Below are positions 28,586-38,794 of a DNA stretch of 46,385 nt, in pieces (positions within the stretch are counted from its first letter, which is position 1; each line of letters opens with the position of its first letter). The translations under genes and the position numbers were made by a program. The stretch is from positions 1 through 46,385 of the forward strand of contig JBBSDV010000002.1 of the NCBI GenBank assembly GCA_038240335.1, in the 5' to 3' direction. The notes under the pieces are model-generated. The model ran no database searches. It saw nothing but the letters and a program-made list of their open reading frames with translations, and was not told the DNA's origin. The DNA is from Dehalococcoidia bacterium (GTDB lineage Bacteria; Chloroflexota; Dehalococcoidia; DSTF01; JACRBR01).

Positions 28586-30226
28586 ATGCATCGTCTCCCC
28601 ACGATTGTCTCCGTCTGCGCGCTCGTTATGCTCTGCTCTTCGACGCTAGGGACACGACACGTCGCCTACGCGACCGGATCGAGCACGCTCACGCGTTCCG
28701 AAGACCCTGTCGTCCTCACTGGCGCCGACGTGCCGTCGCTGCAGGGCATTCCGCCCGGCGATCTCGTTGCGTTCAAGTACACCACCGGCTGGATACAGGT
28801 GCCCGTCCAGGTGGACGAGCGGACGACCAAGGATTTCGGCCTCATCTACAACGACCCGGCGAGCGGGATCACCGCGCCGCAGTACACCGACGCCGCCACG
28901 TTCACCGGCGCCGATCCGAACCCGATGTTCGACAGCGATGACGAGATCGCCTTCATGGCCAAGGACGCGGGCGGGACCCCGCCATCGTTCTCCGAGCCGG
29001 CCGGCGTTATCGCGAACACCGGCGTCCAACTGACGATTACCGACCCACTTGCAGCCGGGCAGACCGGCTACGTGTATCTCTTCCGAAGCGGCACGCTCTC
29101 GCCGGGCGCAGGCCAGTCGTACGTCGCCTACAACTTCAGCCTCAACTCCGGTGCCTACCTTACGACCTACAACAAGAGCAACGGCCCAAACCTCGAGAAC
29201 ACGACGATCACATCGCCGTTCTACACGCATCACTTCCTCGATCGATGGGCGGATGATCGCCTGACCATCACAGCGGGCGCATCAACAGGCGTCGACATCC
29301 TCGACCGGCACAAATCGCTGTTCGCTCCGGGCACGTGCACGCGGAGCGAAGACACCTTCGATAGCGCCGAGGGCGCCTTCGTGATCAACAAGAGCGGACC
29401 GGTCCGCGCTATCCGTTCGTACCTCGGCGCCAACAGCGGCCCTCTTACCCAGCGCGAGCACATCTTCTACGCCCAGCGTCAGGACATGCGAACATTTCTG
29501 CGCGTGCATGACATCGCCGGCATCCTCGATTTCTTCGATTACAGCCCGGCGGCCTCCGGCATGACGTACTACGACAACTTGAACACCGGCGGCGTCCTCA
29601 TCGACGGCAACCCGGACTCTCCCGCCACCGGCCCGCTGCAGTGGGAGATGGTGAACGGCGCGCAGGGCGCCCTCGTCATGTCTCTCTCGTTCTCGACCAA
29701 CGAAAGCCCCTTCGTCACGACCTCGTACTATTTGGATGACTCGACGCCGAGCGGGGGCAGCCAAACGCAGTGCACGGGCGACGGATTCGCGTACGGATCG
29801 AGCGGTCCCTGGATCAACCAGGCGATTCCATGCACCGACCCGAGGCTCGGTTGCACGAAGTTCATGAACGCGTTTCGGACGATGTACTACGAAGCGCCGG
29901 GAGAAACCGTCGCAGAAGCCCAGGCGTTGAACGCAAAGGCGAGCACGCCGCTGGCATTCACGGCGCAGGCGTGGACGGGCGTCGCCGCCACCCCGACGAA
30001 TACGCCCCCGCCGACCAGCACTTCGACGCCCGCAGCGAGCCCGACGCCCACGCCGGCCGCGCTGCTCGGTGGCCTTGATGCCGATGCGCCAGGCGGAGAC
30101 CCCGCGAATCCTCCTGGTGGGAACGGCGCCGGGGGCTGGAAAACGCTTTCGGCGCTGCTGGGAATCGTGATCGTTGCCGTTGGTCTGTTCGGGCTTCGTC
30201 TGGCGCTTCGTCGCAGCCGCGTGTAG
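28586..30226 (+). CDS. Exported protein with a Pro/Thr linker and C-terminal membrane anchor
   Basis: Signal peptide, beta-rich body, PT linker, TM helix plus RRSRV. Confidence 0.75.
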   Translation: MHRLPTIVSVCALVMLCSSTLGTRHVAYATGSSTLTRSEDPVVLTGADVPSLQGIPPGDLVAFKYTTGWIQVPVQVDERTTKDFGLIYNDPASGITAPQYTDAATFTGADPNPMFDSDDEIAFMAKDAGGTPPSFSEPAGVIANTGVQLTITDPLAAGQTGYVYLFRSGTLSPGAGQSYVAYNFSLNSGAYLTTYNKSNGPNLENTTITSPFYTHHFLDRWADDRLTITAGASTGVDILDRHKSLFAPGTCTRSEDTFDSAEGAFVINKSGPVRAIRSYLGANSGPLTQREHIFYAQRQDMRTFLRVHDIAGILDFFDYSPAASGMTYYDNLNTGGVLIDGNPDSPATGPLQWEMVNGAQGALVMSLSFSTNESPFVTTSYYLDDSTPSGGSQTQCTGDGFAYGSSGPWINQAIPCTDPRLGCTKFMNAFRTMYYEAPGETVAEAQALNAKASTPLAFTAQAWTGVAATPTNTPPPTSTSTPAASPTPTPAALLGGLDADAPGGDPANPPGGNGAGGWKTLSALLGIVIVAVGLFGLRLALRRSRV

Positions 30227-30340
30227 CTCGGTACAAATTCGCGCCAGATGCCGACGCACGAAGCAACAACTCTGCTTCGCGCGTATGCCGCCGATCCCCT
30301 AAGCTTTAGCGATCCACCATCCTTGCGAGAGGAGTTCCCC

Positions 30341-31594
30341 ATGCGCATGAACGTCCAGCCGATACCGGCCGTCTCTTCCGAGATTAACGACATTCGCCTT
30401 AAGACGGCGGCGATCGTGAACGAGGAGATCCTTCCGCACGAGAACGAGCTGTGGGCGTGGCGCGACGGCAGTCGTGTCTCAGAAGCCGAAATCCAGCACG
30501 CGCGCGACCTGCGCGAGGGGATAAAGGCCGAGGTGAAGAAGGCGGGCCTCTGGGCGCCCCACTTGCCGAAGGAGTACGGCGGCTCCGGCCTCAATTTTCT
30601 CGAGCATGCCTACATGAACGAGGTGCTCGCCTACGCGTCCGGCGCCGCATCGCTCTTTGGAGTCGTCGCGCCGAATTCAGGCAACCAGACGATCCTCGTC
30701 AAGTACGGCACCGAAGAGCAGAAGAAGAAGTGGCTCCTGCCGCTGATCGAAGGCAAGATGGAGTCCGGCTTCTCGATGACCGAGCCTGAGCAGGCCGGTT
30801 CCGACCCGCGGTCAATCCGCACGAGCGCGCGTCGCGACGGCGACGAATGGGTGATCAACGGCCACAAGTGGTTCACGTCGAACGGCAAGCGCGCCGACTT
30901 CTTCATCGTCATGTGCCGCACCGACGACCCGGACGGTCCCGCCGAACGCAACGGCAAGATGACGCAGATCATCGTCCCCAAGGACACGCCCGGTGTCAAC
31001 ATCATTCGTGGCGTGCCCGTGTGGAGCAATCGCGACAGCGATCACTGTGAGATCGTTTACGACAACGTCCGCGTCCCAGTCACGAACCAGCTCGGCCAAA
31101 CCGGTACGGGCCACCAGGCGGCACAGGATCGCCTCGGCGCCGGACGCGTCTTCCACTGCATGAACTCGATCGGCCAGATGTGGCGCGCTTTCGACCTCAT
31201 GGTCGAGCGGACGATGAGCCGCGAGGTTCACGGCGGCCTGCTCGAGACGAAGCAGTTCATGCAGGGCTTCATCGCCGAGTCCTACATCGACATCCAGGCG
31301 GCGCGCCTGATGACGATTCATACCGCCGAGAAGATGGAAAGCGGCATCGATCCGCGCACCGATATATCGGCGATCAAGATCTTCGTGCCAGCCGCCTATC
31401 ACCGCGTCGTCGACCGCGCCATCCAGGTGTGGGGCGCAGCCGGCGTCTCCGGCGACCTGCCGCTCGCCGGCATGTACGAGGGCGCGCGCACGCTCCGTAT
31501 CGCGGACGGCCCGGACGAGGTGCACAAGATTCTCATCGCGAAGAACATTCTCGCCCGCTACCACAGCGGCCGCAGCTGGGACTTCGGCAACTAG
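30341..31594 (+). CDS. Acyl-CoA dehydrogenase (ACAD10/11, LvaC-like)
   Basis: FSMTEP, INGHKWF, QVWGAAG and RIADGPDEVH motifs. Confidence 0.9.
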   Translation: MRMNVQPIPAVSSEINDIRLKTAAIVNEEILPHENELWAWRDGSRVSEAEIQHARDLREGIKAEVKKAGLWAPHLPKEYGGSGLNFLEHAYMNEVLAYASGAASLFGVVAPNSGNQTILVKYGTEEQKKKWLLPLIEGKMESGFSMTEPEQAGSDPRSIRTSARRDGDEWVINGHKWFTSNGKRADFFIVMCRTDDPDGPAERNGKMTQIIVPKDTPGVNIIRGVPVWSNRDSDHCEIVYDNVRVPVTNQLGQTGTGHQAAQDRLGAGRVFHCMNSIGQMWRAFDLMVERTMSREVHGGLLETKQFMQGFIAESYIDIQAARLMTIHTAEKMESGIDPRTDISAIKIFVPAAYHRVVDRAIQVWGAAGVSGDLPLAGMYEGARTLRIADGPDEVHKILIAKNILARYHSGRSWDFGN

Positions 31595-31611
31595 GGTAGA
31601 ACGTCACCAGT

Positions 31612-31783
31612 GGGAGTGCAGAGACCGTAGCGCCTTCTGCTGCGTGCTCGCCGTGGCGAGGGAGTCTGCGGGGGGGTGCCCTCTAGGAACCTCACTCGCC
31701 CCAAAAAAATGCCCGGGTACGCGGTACCGGACACGGCGAACCGCCGACCAAACCGGATTTGCCGCGCTGCCGGCACGTGACAA
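31612..31783. repeat. Dispersed MITE/REP-like element, copy B
   Basis: Collinear similarity to 4283-4434, including exact CGGACACGGCGAA. Confidence 0.6.
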
Positions 31784-31834
31784 CCGATGTTCGCCGGCAA
31801 CACGGCAACCCGAAGTAACACCGAAGGTGTCTCG

Positions 31835-32617
31835 ATGCCCTACGTCGACGTTCCCGATGCCCGCCTCTACTACGAATTGCACGGCCCCCCGGCCGGTTCC
31901 GGAGAGGCGCTCGTCTTCGCGCATGGGCTCGGCGGCAACCACCTGTCGTGGTGGCAACAAGTCCCGCACTTCCGCGATCGCTTCACCTGCCTCGTCTTTG
32001 ATCACCGTGGCTTCGCCCGCTCGACGGAGGCCACCGGCGGCGCGGGCGCAGCGGCGTTCGCTGACGACCTGCGCCTGCTGCTCGATGCGACCGGAATTCA
32101 TGAAACAACGCTCGTTGCCCAATCGATGGGTGGCTGGACGTGCCTGCAGTTCGCGCTACGCTGGCCTGATCGCGTCCGCCGGCTCGTCCTCTGCGACACC
32201 CACGGCGGTCTCGCGTCGGACGAGATCGAGGACGCCTTCTCAGTAGGCGAGCGTGGCGAGCGGCTGCCTCCCGGCGTGCACCCGGGCGCGGGTCCACGCA
32301 TGCTCGCGGAGCAACCGGGCCTTCACTTCCTCTACCGCGAGATCGATGCTCTCACATCGATGACTGGCGAGCAGCGCCTGAGGACGATGCGCGCCGCCGG
32401 CGCGACGCCCCTCGCCGAAGCCGCGACCCTTCGAATGCCCGTGCAATTCATCTGGGGCGACGAGGACATAGTCATCCCGCCCGCCGTGCTCGACTGCGTC
32501 GCTCCACACATCCCCCGAGCGAGGATCGCCCGCGTCCCCGAGTCAGGCCACTCCGTCTACTTTGAGCGTGCCGCCGCCTTCAACACCATCCTCGACGCCT
32601 TCCTTGCCGAGACGTAG
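31835..32617 (+). CDS. Alpha/beta hydrolase
   Basis: HGLGG, AQSMGG, GDED and SGH motifs. Confidence 0.85.
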   Translation: MPYVDVPDARLYYELHGPPAGSGEALVFAHGLGGNHLSWWQQVPHFRDRFTCLVFDHRGFARSTEATGGAGAAAFADDLRLLLDATGIHETTLVAQSMGGWTCLQFALRWPDRVRRLVLCDTHGGLASDEIEDAFSVGERGERLPPGVHPGAGPRMLAEQPGLHFLYREIDALTSMTGEQRLRTMRAAGATPLAEAATLRMPVQFIWGDEDIVIPPAVLDCVAPHIPRARIARVPESGHSVYFERAAAFNTILDAFLAET

Positions 32618-32986
32618 TTCGTCGCGCCATGCGCGAAGGCTGTTCGAACAACGCCTGTGACCAATTCCTCGGAACGATGCCAACCCACGATCTGCGTCTG
32701 TCGCCATCCGTGGATCGTCACGGACAGCATCCCAGAAAGATCTCCCCTGCCCGTCACCTTCCGCCCTACGCGGTCGTTAGACGAACGAGCGACAACAGGT
32801 TTCCGGACCACCCCCATCGACCGGAGACCTTAGTCGCTCCATTTGTTCCTTCCGTTCGTGGCACCGCCCTCCGGATCACGGCGGCGTAGCGTTCGCCCTC
32901 CATCTCCTCGATGTCCGCATCGCACCCTAAGAAGTGCCCGTCACTTCGCGTCTTTAGCGCCTTCGCCGTGGCCCTGTCCCCGCAGC

Positions 32987-33850
32987 TCACGCCACCACGA
33001 ACTCACCTGCCACGGCCTCGCCCTTGTCGACCGCCGCGAGGAAATCGAGCGTCTCCGCCGCGAACGCATCGGCGCGCCACAAGTTCGTGCCGTGGCCGCT
33101 GTTGCGCACCAGCACGAAGCGGCTGCCCGCGATCTCGCGATGGATCTCGCGGCTCGCTCCCAGCAGGTTGTCGTGCTCGCCGACCAGCACGAGCGTCGGC
33201 GCAGTGATCTGCGACAGCCGGCCCCGCGTCCCGCTCCAATCCTGCATCGACTTGCTGCCGCCGAGATAGCCGTCGACGCTCATCTGCGCCATGTTGCGCA
33301 TATGCGTCCGCACCGCCTCCGGCACCGGTGCGCCGGATGGCGGCCGAAACGTGTCGGCGCGGCTCCGCATCGCGTCGATGATGGCGCCCATTCCCTTGGT
33401 CCGCGCTAGCGTCTGCATCATCTCGCGCATCTTCGCGAACTGCGCCATCAGCGCCGGATCGCGCCCGGCGCCACCCATCCCCGGTCCGGTATCGAACAAC
33501 AGCAGCGCCTTTACTCGATCAGCGTGCTGCAATGCGAACTCCTGCGCGATCATCCCGCCCATCGACAGGCCGCCCACGTATGCCTCGCCGATCTCGAGAT
33601 GGTCCATCAGCGCCAGCAGGTCAGCGACGGAGTCCGTCGCCAGTCCGTATTGCTCCATGTTCGACGGCGCAGTGGTCTGACCATGGCCGCGCGTGTCGTA
33701 CGTCACGACCCGATACTTCTCCGCGAACACCGGCACCTGCTCGGCCCACATCGCGAGCGATGCTGAGTACCCGTGCGTCAGAACGAGCGGCGTCCCCGCG
33801 CCGGACTCTTCGTAATGGATCTCGATGCCGTTGAGCTGCGCGCTGGGCAT
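32987..33850 (-). CDS. Alpha/beta hydrolase (PcaD-like)
   Basis: DTRGHG, GLSMGG, GEHD and SGH motifs. Confidence 0.85.
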   Translation of the reverse strand: MPSAQLNGIEIHYEESGAGTPLVLTHGYSASLAMWAEQVPVFAEKYRVVTYDTRGHGQTTAPSNMEQYGLATDSVADLLALMDHLEIGEAYVGGLSMGGMIAQEFALQHADRVKALLLFDTGPGMGGAGRDPALMAQFAKMREMMQTLARTKGMGAIIDAMRSRADTFRPPSGAPVPEAVRTHMRNMAQMSVDGYLGGSKSMQDWSGTRGRLSQITAPTLVLVGEHDNLLGASREIHREIAGSRFVLVRNSGHGTNLWRADAFAAETLDFLAAVDKGEAVAGEFVVA

Positions 33851-34032
33851 GTGTATCGCCTCCATCAGTGCGTCCCTCGATTCGTCCCGTCGATTCTATC
33901 GCCGATACACATCCAATCCGGACGCTGTCTGCGGCTATCTCCGTTTCCCAAGCACCGGCGGTCATGTATCAGCAACCAACAACGAGCAATTGGCCACAAG
34001 CCACCAGCAACCAGCCGACTATACTCCGGTGC

Positions 34033-34734
34033 ATGTCTGCAGAACCGAACGCTCCCGCGCCAAAACGCATCGTCTACCTGAACCGTCGCGTCGCGTTCAT
34101 CGAGGCCGATCGCATCAACGTCCGGCCCGCGCTGGCCGCGGCGCTCTTCCCGCTCTTCGGCCTGCTCTTGGGGATCGCCGCCTTCGTGTCGATAATCCTC
34201 TGGCTCGATCGGCTGCCGTTCGCCATCATCTTGCTATTGCTTGTGATCGCGATCCTGTCAATCCCGCTCGCCGGCATCGGTTTCGTATACGCGGTTGCAG
34301 GTGCGAACGTCGTATTCGATCGCCAGAAGCAGTCGGGCGTCTGGCAGCAAGGATTTCTCGGCATGGGTGTCGGCACAATCGAACTCGTCCCGTTCTGGAA
34401 GATCGACCAGATCCGCGTCGAAGAAGTGACGCGCGAGCGGCAGCGCGGCGAGCAGCAGGACCTGGCGCAGTTCGAGGTGGTGCTCGTGAAGGAAAGCGGC
34501 AAGCGGCTTCGCGTCGGCGATATCATCGTCGCGCGGTCGATGATGCGCGAGGGGTTGGCGGATGTTCGTGAAGTGGCACAGGCAGTCGCCGGCATGACCG
34601 GCAAGCCCCTCTTCGCCCCAACCATCGTCCGCCGTCGCAAGGATGACCCTGGATCCGACGCCGTCTCGAAGAGCATCACCGAATCGCGGCCCGAATCGCA
34701 CCACGACGCGATGCCGCCCGCGGATGCCTCGTGA
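34033..34734 (+). CDS. Hypothetical membrane protein (2 TM plus soluble domain)
   Basis: Hydrophobic hairpin; TATACT-N7-ATG; GTGA overlap with the GT2 gene. Confidence 0.65.
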   Translation: MSAEPNAPAPKRIVYLNRRVAFIEADRINVRPALAAALFPLFGLLLGIAAFVSIILWLDRLPFAIILLLLVIAILSIPLAGIGFVYAVAGANVVFDRQKQSGVWQQGFLGMGVGTIELVPFWKIDQIRVEEVTRERQRGEQQDLAQFEVVLVKESGKRLRVGDIIVARSMMREGLADVREVAQAVAGMTGKPLFAPTIVRRRKDDPGSDAVSKSITESRPESHHDAMPPADAS

Positions 34735-35519
34735 CGACGCTCGAGGCGGCTCGCCACATCTCTATCAGTGACGATCGCGATCAGCCCTTCATGACGATCG
34801 TACTGCCGGCGTACAACGAGGAGGCGCGCCTGCCGGCCAGCCTCGACCGCGTCATCGGCTTCCTCGCCGAGCAGTCGTTCGAGAGCGAGATCGTCGTTGC
34901 TGATGACGGCAGCCGCGATCGCACGCCCCGCATCGTCGCCGACCGCATCCTCGCCGGCTTGCCGGCAAACGTGGGGATGCGCATCGTCCGCCATTTGCAC
35001 AATCGCGGTAAGGGAGCGGCGATCCGCACCGGCGTCCTCGAGGCGCGCGGGCGCTACATCTTCTTCATGGACGCTGACCTCGCCACGCCGCCCGAACAGT
35101 CGATGCAAGTGCTGCGCGAGTTGAAACTCGGCGCGCCGGTCGCTATTGGCTCACGCATCCAACCCGATGGCAGCGACATGCGCGCCAGCCAGCCGTTCGA
35201 GCGCCGCCTCGTCGGCCGTGCCTTCACGACGATGCGCAAGGCCATGCGCGTCCTCCCCGACATCGATGATACACAGTGTCCGATGAAGGGCTTTGAGCAC
35301 GAAGCGGCTCGCGCGATCTTTCGCGAGCAGCAGCTGAGCGGCTGGATCTTCGATGCTGAAGTGCTCTACATCGCCCGATCGCTTGGCTACGGCATTGTCA
35401 GCGTCCCCGTCGTTTGGCGCCATGTCGACGGCTCCCGCCTGCGTGTCCGCCCGACGCAAGCCTGGGAGGTCCTCCGGGACCTGATCCGCCTCCGCTTCCT
35501 CCACCCCGCAGTCCGGTGA
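34731..35519 (+). CDS. GT2 polyprenyl-phosphate glycosyltransferase (Alg5-like)
   Basis: PAYNEE, DDGS.D, NRGKG, DAD and DTQC motifs. Confidence 0.9.
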   Translation: MTTLEAARHISISDDRDQPFMTIVLPAYNEEARLPASLDRVIGFLAEQSFESEIVVADDGSRDRTPRIVADRILAGLPANVGMRIVRHLHNRGKGAAIRTGVLEARGRYIFFMDADLATPPEQSMQVLRELKLGAPVAIGSRIQPDGSDMRASQPFERRLVGRAFTTMRKAMRVLPDIDDTQCPMKGFEHEAARAIFREQQLSGWIFDAEVLYIARSLGYGIVSVPVVWRHVDGSRLRVRPTQAWEVLRDLIRLRFLHPAVR

Positions 35520-35627
35520 GCCTTACCTCACTCGAGGGGCTGAATCTCGGCCTTCACGAGAATGATTGAGGAGCTACGATAGCCGACTTCCGACGTCCCA
35601 CTTCCGAAGTCGGACTAATTCCAACCC

Positions 35628-36509
35628 TCAGCCCGCCGCCACCACCAGAGCCCCCGCATCACTCGCCGCCGTGATCTCCGTCCGGCCGGAATGCCTGCGG
35701 CTGATCGCGCACTGCATCATCGCGCGCGCGATCCGCTCCTCGCCTTGTATGGCGAAGGTGGCGATCGTCGAACCGCCGCCGCTGAGATACGCGCATAACG
35801 CGCCCGCATCCTTCGCGGCGGCGAAAATGTCGAGCATCGCCGGAAAGATCGTCACCCGCGCCGGTTGATGCAGCTTGTCCTGCGTCGCGAGATCCAGCAC
35901 ATCCCACGCGCCCGTCGCCAGCGCTGCGACGAGCAGCGCGGCACGGCCGACGTTATGCACGGCATCCTCCTTCGCAAGCTGCTGCGGCAGCAGCTTGCGG
36001 CTCTCGCCGGTCGGCATCTCGAAATCAGGGATAAACAGCACGATCTTGAGCCCGGCCGCGATCGGCGATGCAATGTGCGTGTAGGTTCCGTCGCCGGCTC
36101 GTACCACGACGCGCAGACCACCGAAGAGGGCCGGTGCCATGTTGTCGGCGTGCCCCTCGAGGCCCGCGCCGAGCGACAGCATCTGCCCCTCGGTGAGCGT
36201 CCCGCCCATCAGCGCGTTCGCTCCGACGATCCCGGCCGCCCGTGCCGCGGCGCTCGCCCCGAGGCCGCGGCCTATCGGGATCGTCTGCGTTCCGGATGCG
36301 CGCAAATGCGGCACCTCGACGTGCGCCAGCCGATACGCCGACCGTGCCGCATCGAGCACAAGCCGCGAGAGGCCGTCGTAGCTCTGCGGCTGATCGCCCA
36401 ACTCCAGCGTGACATCCTGCGTAATCGCGAGCGCCAGCCCGAGCGAATCGAAGCCCGGGCCAAGATTCGCCGACGTCGCCGGCACTCGCACGGTGACGGA
36501 GTTTGCCAT
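35628..36509 (-). CDS. thrB: Homoserine kinase
   Basis: PATSANLGPGFD, PIGRGLGASA and EGHADN motifs. Confidence 0.95.
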   Translation of the reverse strand: MANSVTVRVPATSANLGPGFDSLGLALAITQDVTLELGDQPQSYDGLSRLVLDAARSAYRLAHVEVPHLRASGTQTIPIGRGLGASAAARAAGIVGANALMGGTLTEGQMLSLGAGLEGHADNMAPALFGGLRVVVRAGDGTYTHIASPIAAGLKIVLFIPDFEMPTGESRKLLPQQLAKEDAVHNVGRAALLVAALATGAWDVLDLATQDKLHQPARVTIFPAMLDIFAAAKDAGALCAYLSGGGSTIATFAIQGEERIARAMMQCAISRRHSGRTEITAASDAGALVVAAG

Positions 36510-36623
36510 GCCGTAGCTTAATCCGGCGCGCCGCCACCGTCGATAGCCGGCTGCTTCGAATGGACATCGGGTGCCTGTACGACTTCATTCTCCATGCTCC
36601 GCCTTCCAGCCCCCGGCAAGCGC

Positions 36624-36653
36624 TTGACCCGAAATGCCGCGCCCGACTACAAT
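36624..36653 (+). promoter_or_regulatory. Sigma70 promoter of the SAM operon
   Basis: TTGACC-N18-TACAAT upstream of the riboswitch. Confidence 0.6.
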
Positions 36654-36674
36654 AGGCCCACAACTGAATACGGA

Positions 36675-36769
36675 CTCTTATCGAGAGTGGTGGAGGGATC
36701 GGCCCGACGAAGCCCGGCAACCCGCATGCGGGTGCCAAATCCGACTCGCAACAGCGAGAAAGATGAGAG
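36675..36769 (+). ncRNA. SAM-I (S-box) riboswitch
   Basis: CTCTTATCGAGAG.GGTGGAGGGA..GGCCC.ACGAAGCCCGGCAACC...GGTGCCAAATCC...AAAGATGAGAG matches the consensus. Confidence 0.95.
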
Positions 36770-36777
36770 AGAACAGT

Positions 36778-36811
36778 GCTTCTCCCACCCCAGCCGACGG
36801 AGAAGCTTTTT
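36778..36811 (+). terminator. Riboswitch expression-platform hairpin
   Basis: GCTTCTCC...GGAGAAGC-TTTTT; the stem also covers a GGAG SD. Confidence 0.7.
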
Positions 36812-36812
36812 A

Positions 36813-37901
36813 TTGCCTGAATCCATACTTACCAAGGTGCAACCGATCGAGTGGCGCGACGGCGTATTGCGGCTCCTCGACCAAACCCTGCTGCCCGCCG
36901 AAATCCACTACATCGAGACTCGCGACTGGCGCAATGTCGCTGCTGCGATCTCGTGCCTCGCCGTTCGTGGCGCACCGCTGATTGGCATCGCCGCCGCCTA
37001 CGCGCTCGCTCTCGCCGATCGCGCAGGCGATGACCTGCAGCTTGTCGCCGACACGCTCGCCGCCACGCGTCCAACGGCGGTCAACCTTCGTTGGGCGCTC
37101 GAACGCGTGCTTGCCTCCGGCAACGCCGAAACCGCCGCGCGCGCGATTCATCAGGAGCAACTCTCGGCCGACATCCGAAGCGGCGAGCTCGGCGCTGCGC
37201 TCATCGAGCGCGGCTCGACGATCCTCACGCACTGCAATGCAGGCTCGCTCGCGACGGGCGGCATCGGCTCCGCCTTGGGTATCGTCAAGACGGCGCACTG
37301 GCAGGGCAAGCGCGTCCGTGCGCTCGTCGGCGAAACACGGCCCCTCCTCCAGGGCGCGCGCCTCACCGCATGGGAACTCGCTCGCGAGGGCATCCCGTAC
37401 GAGATCATCGTCGATTTCGCCGCGGCCGGTCTTATCGCGCGCGGCAGCGTCCAGGCGATCGTCGTCGGAGCCGATCGCATTGCTGCTAACGGCGACGTCG
37501 CAAACAAGGTCGGCACGTACGGGCTCGCATTGGCCGCACGGGCGCACGGTGTGCCGCTCTACGTCGTCGCTCCGATCAGCACGATTGACTTCGCCACCCC
37601 GAACGGCGCCGCCATCGCCATCGAAGACCGCGACCCGGACGAAGTACTCTCGTTCGCCGGCGCGAACATCGCGCCCGCCGGATCTGCAGCCCGCAACCCC
37701 GCGATCGACATCACGCCGCCGCACCTCGTCACCGCGATCATCACCGAGCGTGCCGTCGTGCGCCCAAACGACCTTGCGCGATGGGTCTCGGAATCACAAA
37801 CGCAAGAAGATCGAGGTGTGGCGCGGGCGGGGATGCCTGCGCGCTCGGCACGACCGGCCTCGCAACCCGCACCGCCAGCGCCGCGACCGGTGGCGCGATG
37901 A
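36813..37901 (+). CDS. mtnA: Methylthioribose-1-phosphate isomerase
   Basis: LDQ..LP, VRGAP, RPTAVNL, THCNAG and ETRPLLQGARLT motifs; start is TTG 36813 or GTG 36837. Confidence 0.93.
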   Translation: MPESILTKVQPIEWRDGVLRLLDQTLLPAEIHYIETRDWRNVAAAISCLAVRGAPLIGIAAAYALALADRAGDDLQLVADTLAATRPTAVNLRWALERVLASGNAETAARAIHQEQLSADIRSGELGAALIERGSTILTHCNAGSLATGGIGSALGIVKTAHWQGKRVRALVGETRPLLQGARLTAWELAREGIPYEIIVDFAAAGLIARGSVQAIVVGADRIAANGDVANKVGTYGLALAARAHGVPLYVVAPISTIDFATPNGAAIAIEDRDPDEVLSFAGANIAPAGSAARNPAIDITPPHLVTAIITERAVVRPNDLARWVSESQTQEDRGVARAGMPARSARPASQPAPPAPRPVAR

Positions 37902-38794
37902 GCGAAGCGTGCGCGACGCTTGCCATTATCGGCGGCTCCGGCTTTTACGAGATCGAGGGGCTCTTCGACGTCGAGCGCGTCAGCATCGAGACGCCGTTCG
38001 GCGCAACATCAGACCGTATTGTGCTCGGCATGCTCGATGATGTGCGGCTGGCGTTCTTGCCCCGCCACGGCGCGAACCACCACATCCTCCCCGGCGAGCT
38101 GCCACAGCGCGCGAACATCTGGGCCCTCGCTTCGCTTGGCGTCGAGTACATCGTCTCCGTCAGCGCCGTTGGGAGCCTGCAGGAGTCGCTGCCGCCGCTC
38201 GACATGGTCGTCCCGGACCAGTTGATCGACCGGACGCGCGGCGACCGGCCGTCGACCTTCTTCGGTCGCGGCATCGTCGCCCACGTGGCGTTTGACGAGC
38301 CCTTCTGCACCGTGCTCGGCACGACGCTCTTCGACGCCGCGAGCGAGAGCGGAGTCGAGGCGCACCGGGGCGGCACAATGATCGTCATCGACGGCCCCGC
38401 GTTCTCGACGCGCGCCGAGTCGCATCTCTACCGATCATGGGGCGCCGACATCATCGGCATGACAGCCCTGCCGGAAGCGAAGCTCGCCCGCGAAGCCGGC
38501 ATCTGTTACGCCACCCTCGCCTGCGTCACCGACTACGACACCTGGCACGAATCACACGACACCGTCTCGGCCGGCATGATCGTCGAGAACCTCCGCGAGA
38601 ACATCGGCAACGCGAGGCGCATCGTCGCGGACGTCGCGCGTGCGCTACCCGCGCGCAGCTGCGACTGTGCGAGCGCACTTGCGAACGCGATCATCACGCC
38701 GCTCTCTGCCGTGCCCGACGACGTGAAGCGCGACCTAACACCGGTCCTCACCCGCGCGCGCGTTGCGCGGGAAGCGAGCGAGGTGACAGCATGA
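37898..38794 (+). CDS. mtnP: Methylthioadenosine phosphorylase
   Basis: IIGGSG, RHG, GPAFSTRAES, GMT..PE..LA.E and TDYD motifs. Confidence 0.93.
   Translation: MSEACATLAIIGGSGFYEIEGLFDVERVSIETPFGATSDRIVLGMLDDVRLAFLPRHGANHHILPGELPQRANIWALASLGVEYIVSVSAVGSLQESLPPLDMVVPDQLIDRTRGDRPSTFFGRGIVAHVAFDEPFCTVLGTTLFDAASESGVEAHRGGTMIVIDGPAFSTRAESHLYRSWGADIIGMTALPEAKLAREAGICYATLACVTDYDTWHESHDTVSAGMIVENLRENIGNARRIVADVARALPARSCDCASALANAIITPLSAVPDDVKRDLTPVLTRARVAREASEVTA

Noticed and set aside
32618-32986. Gene or ncRNA in the 370-bp gap
   Set aside because: No credible ORF, promoter or extended structure visible.
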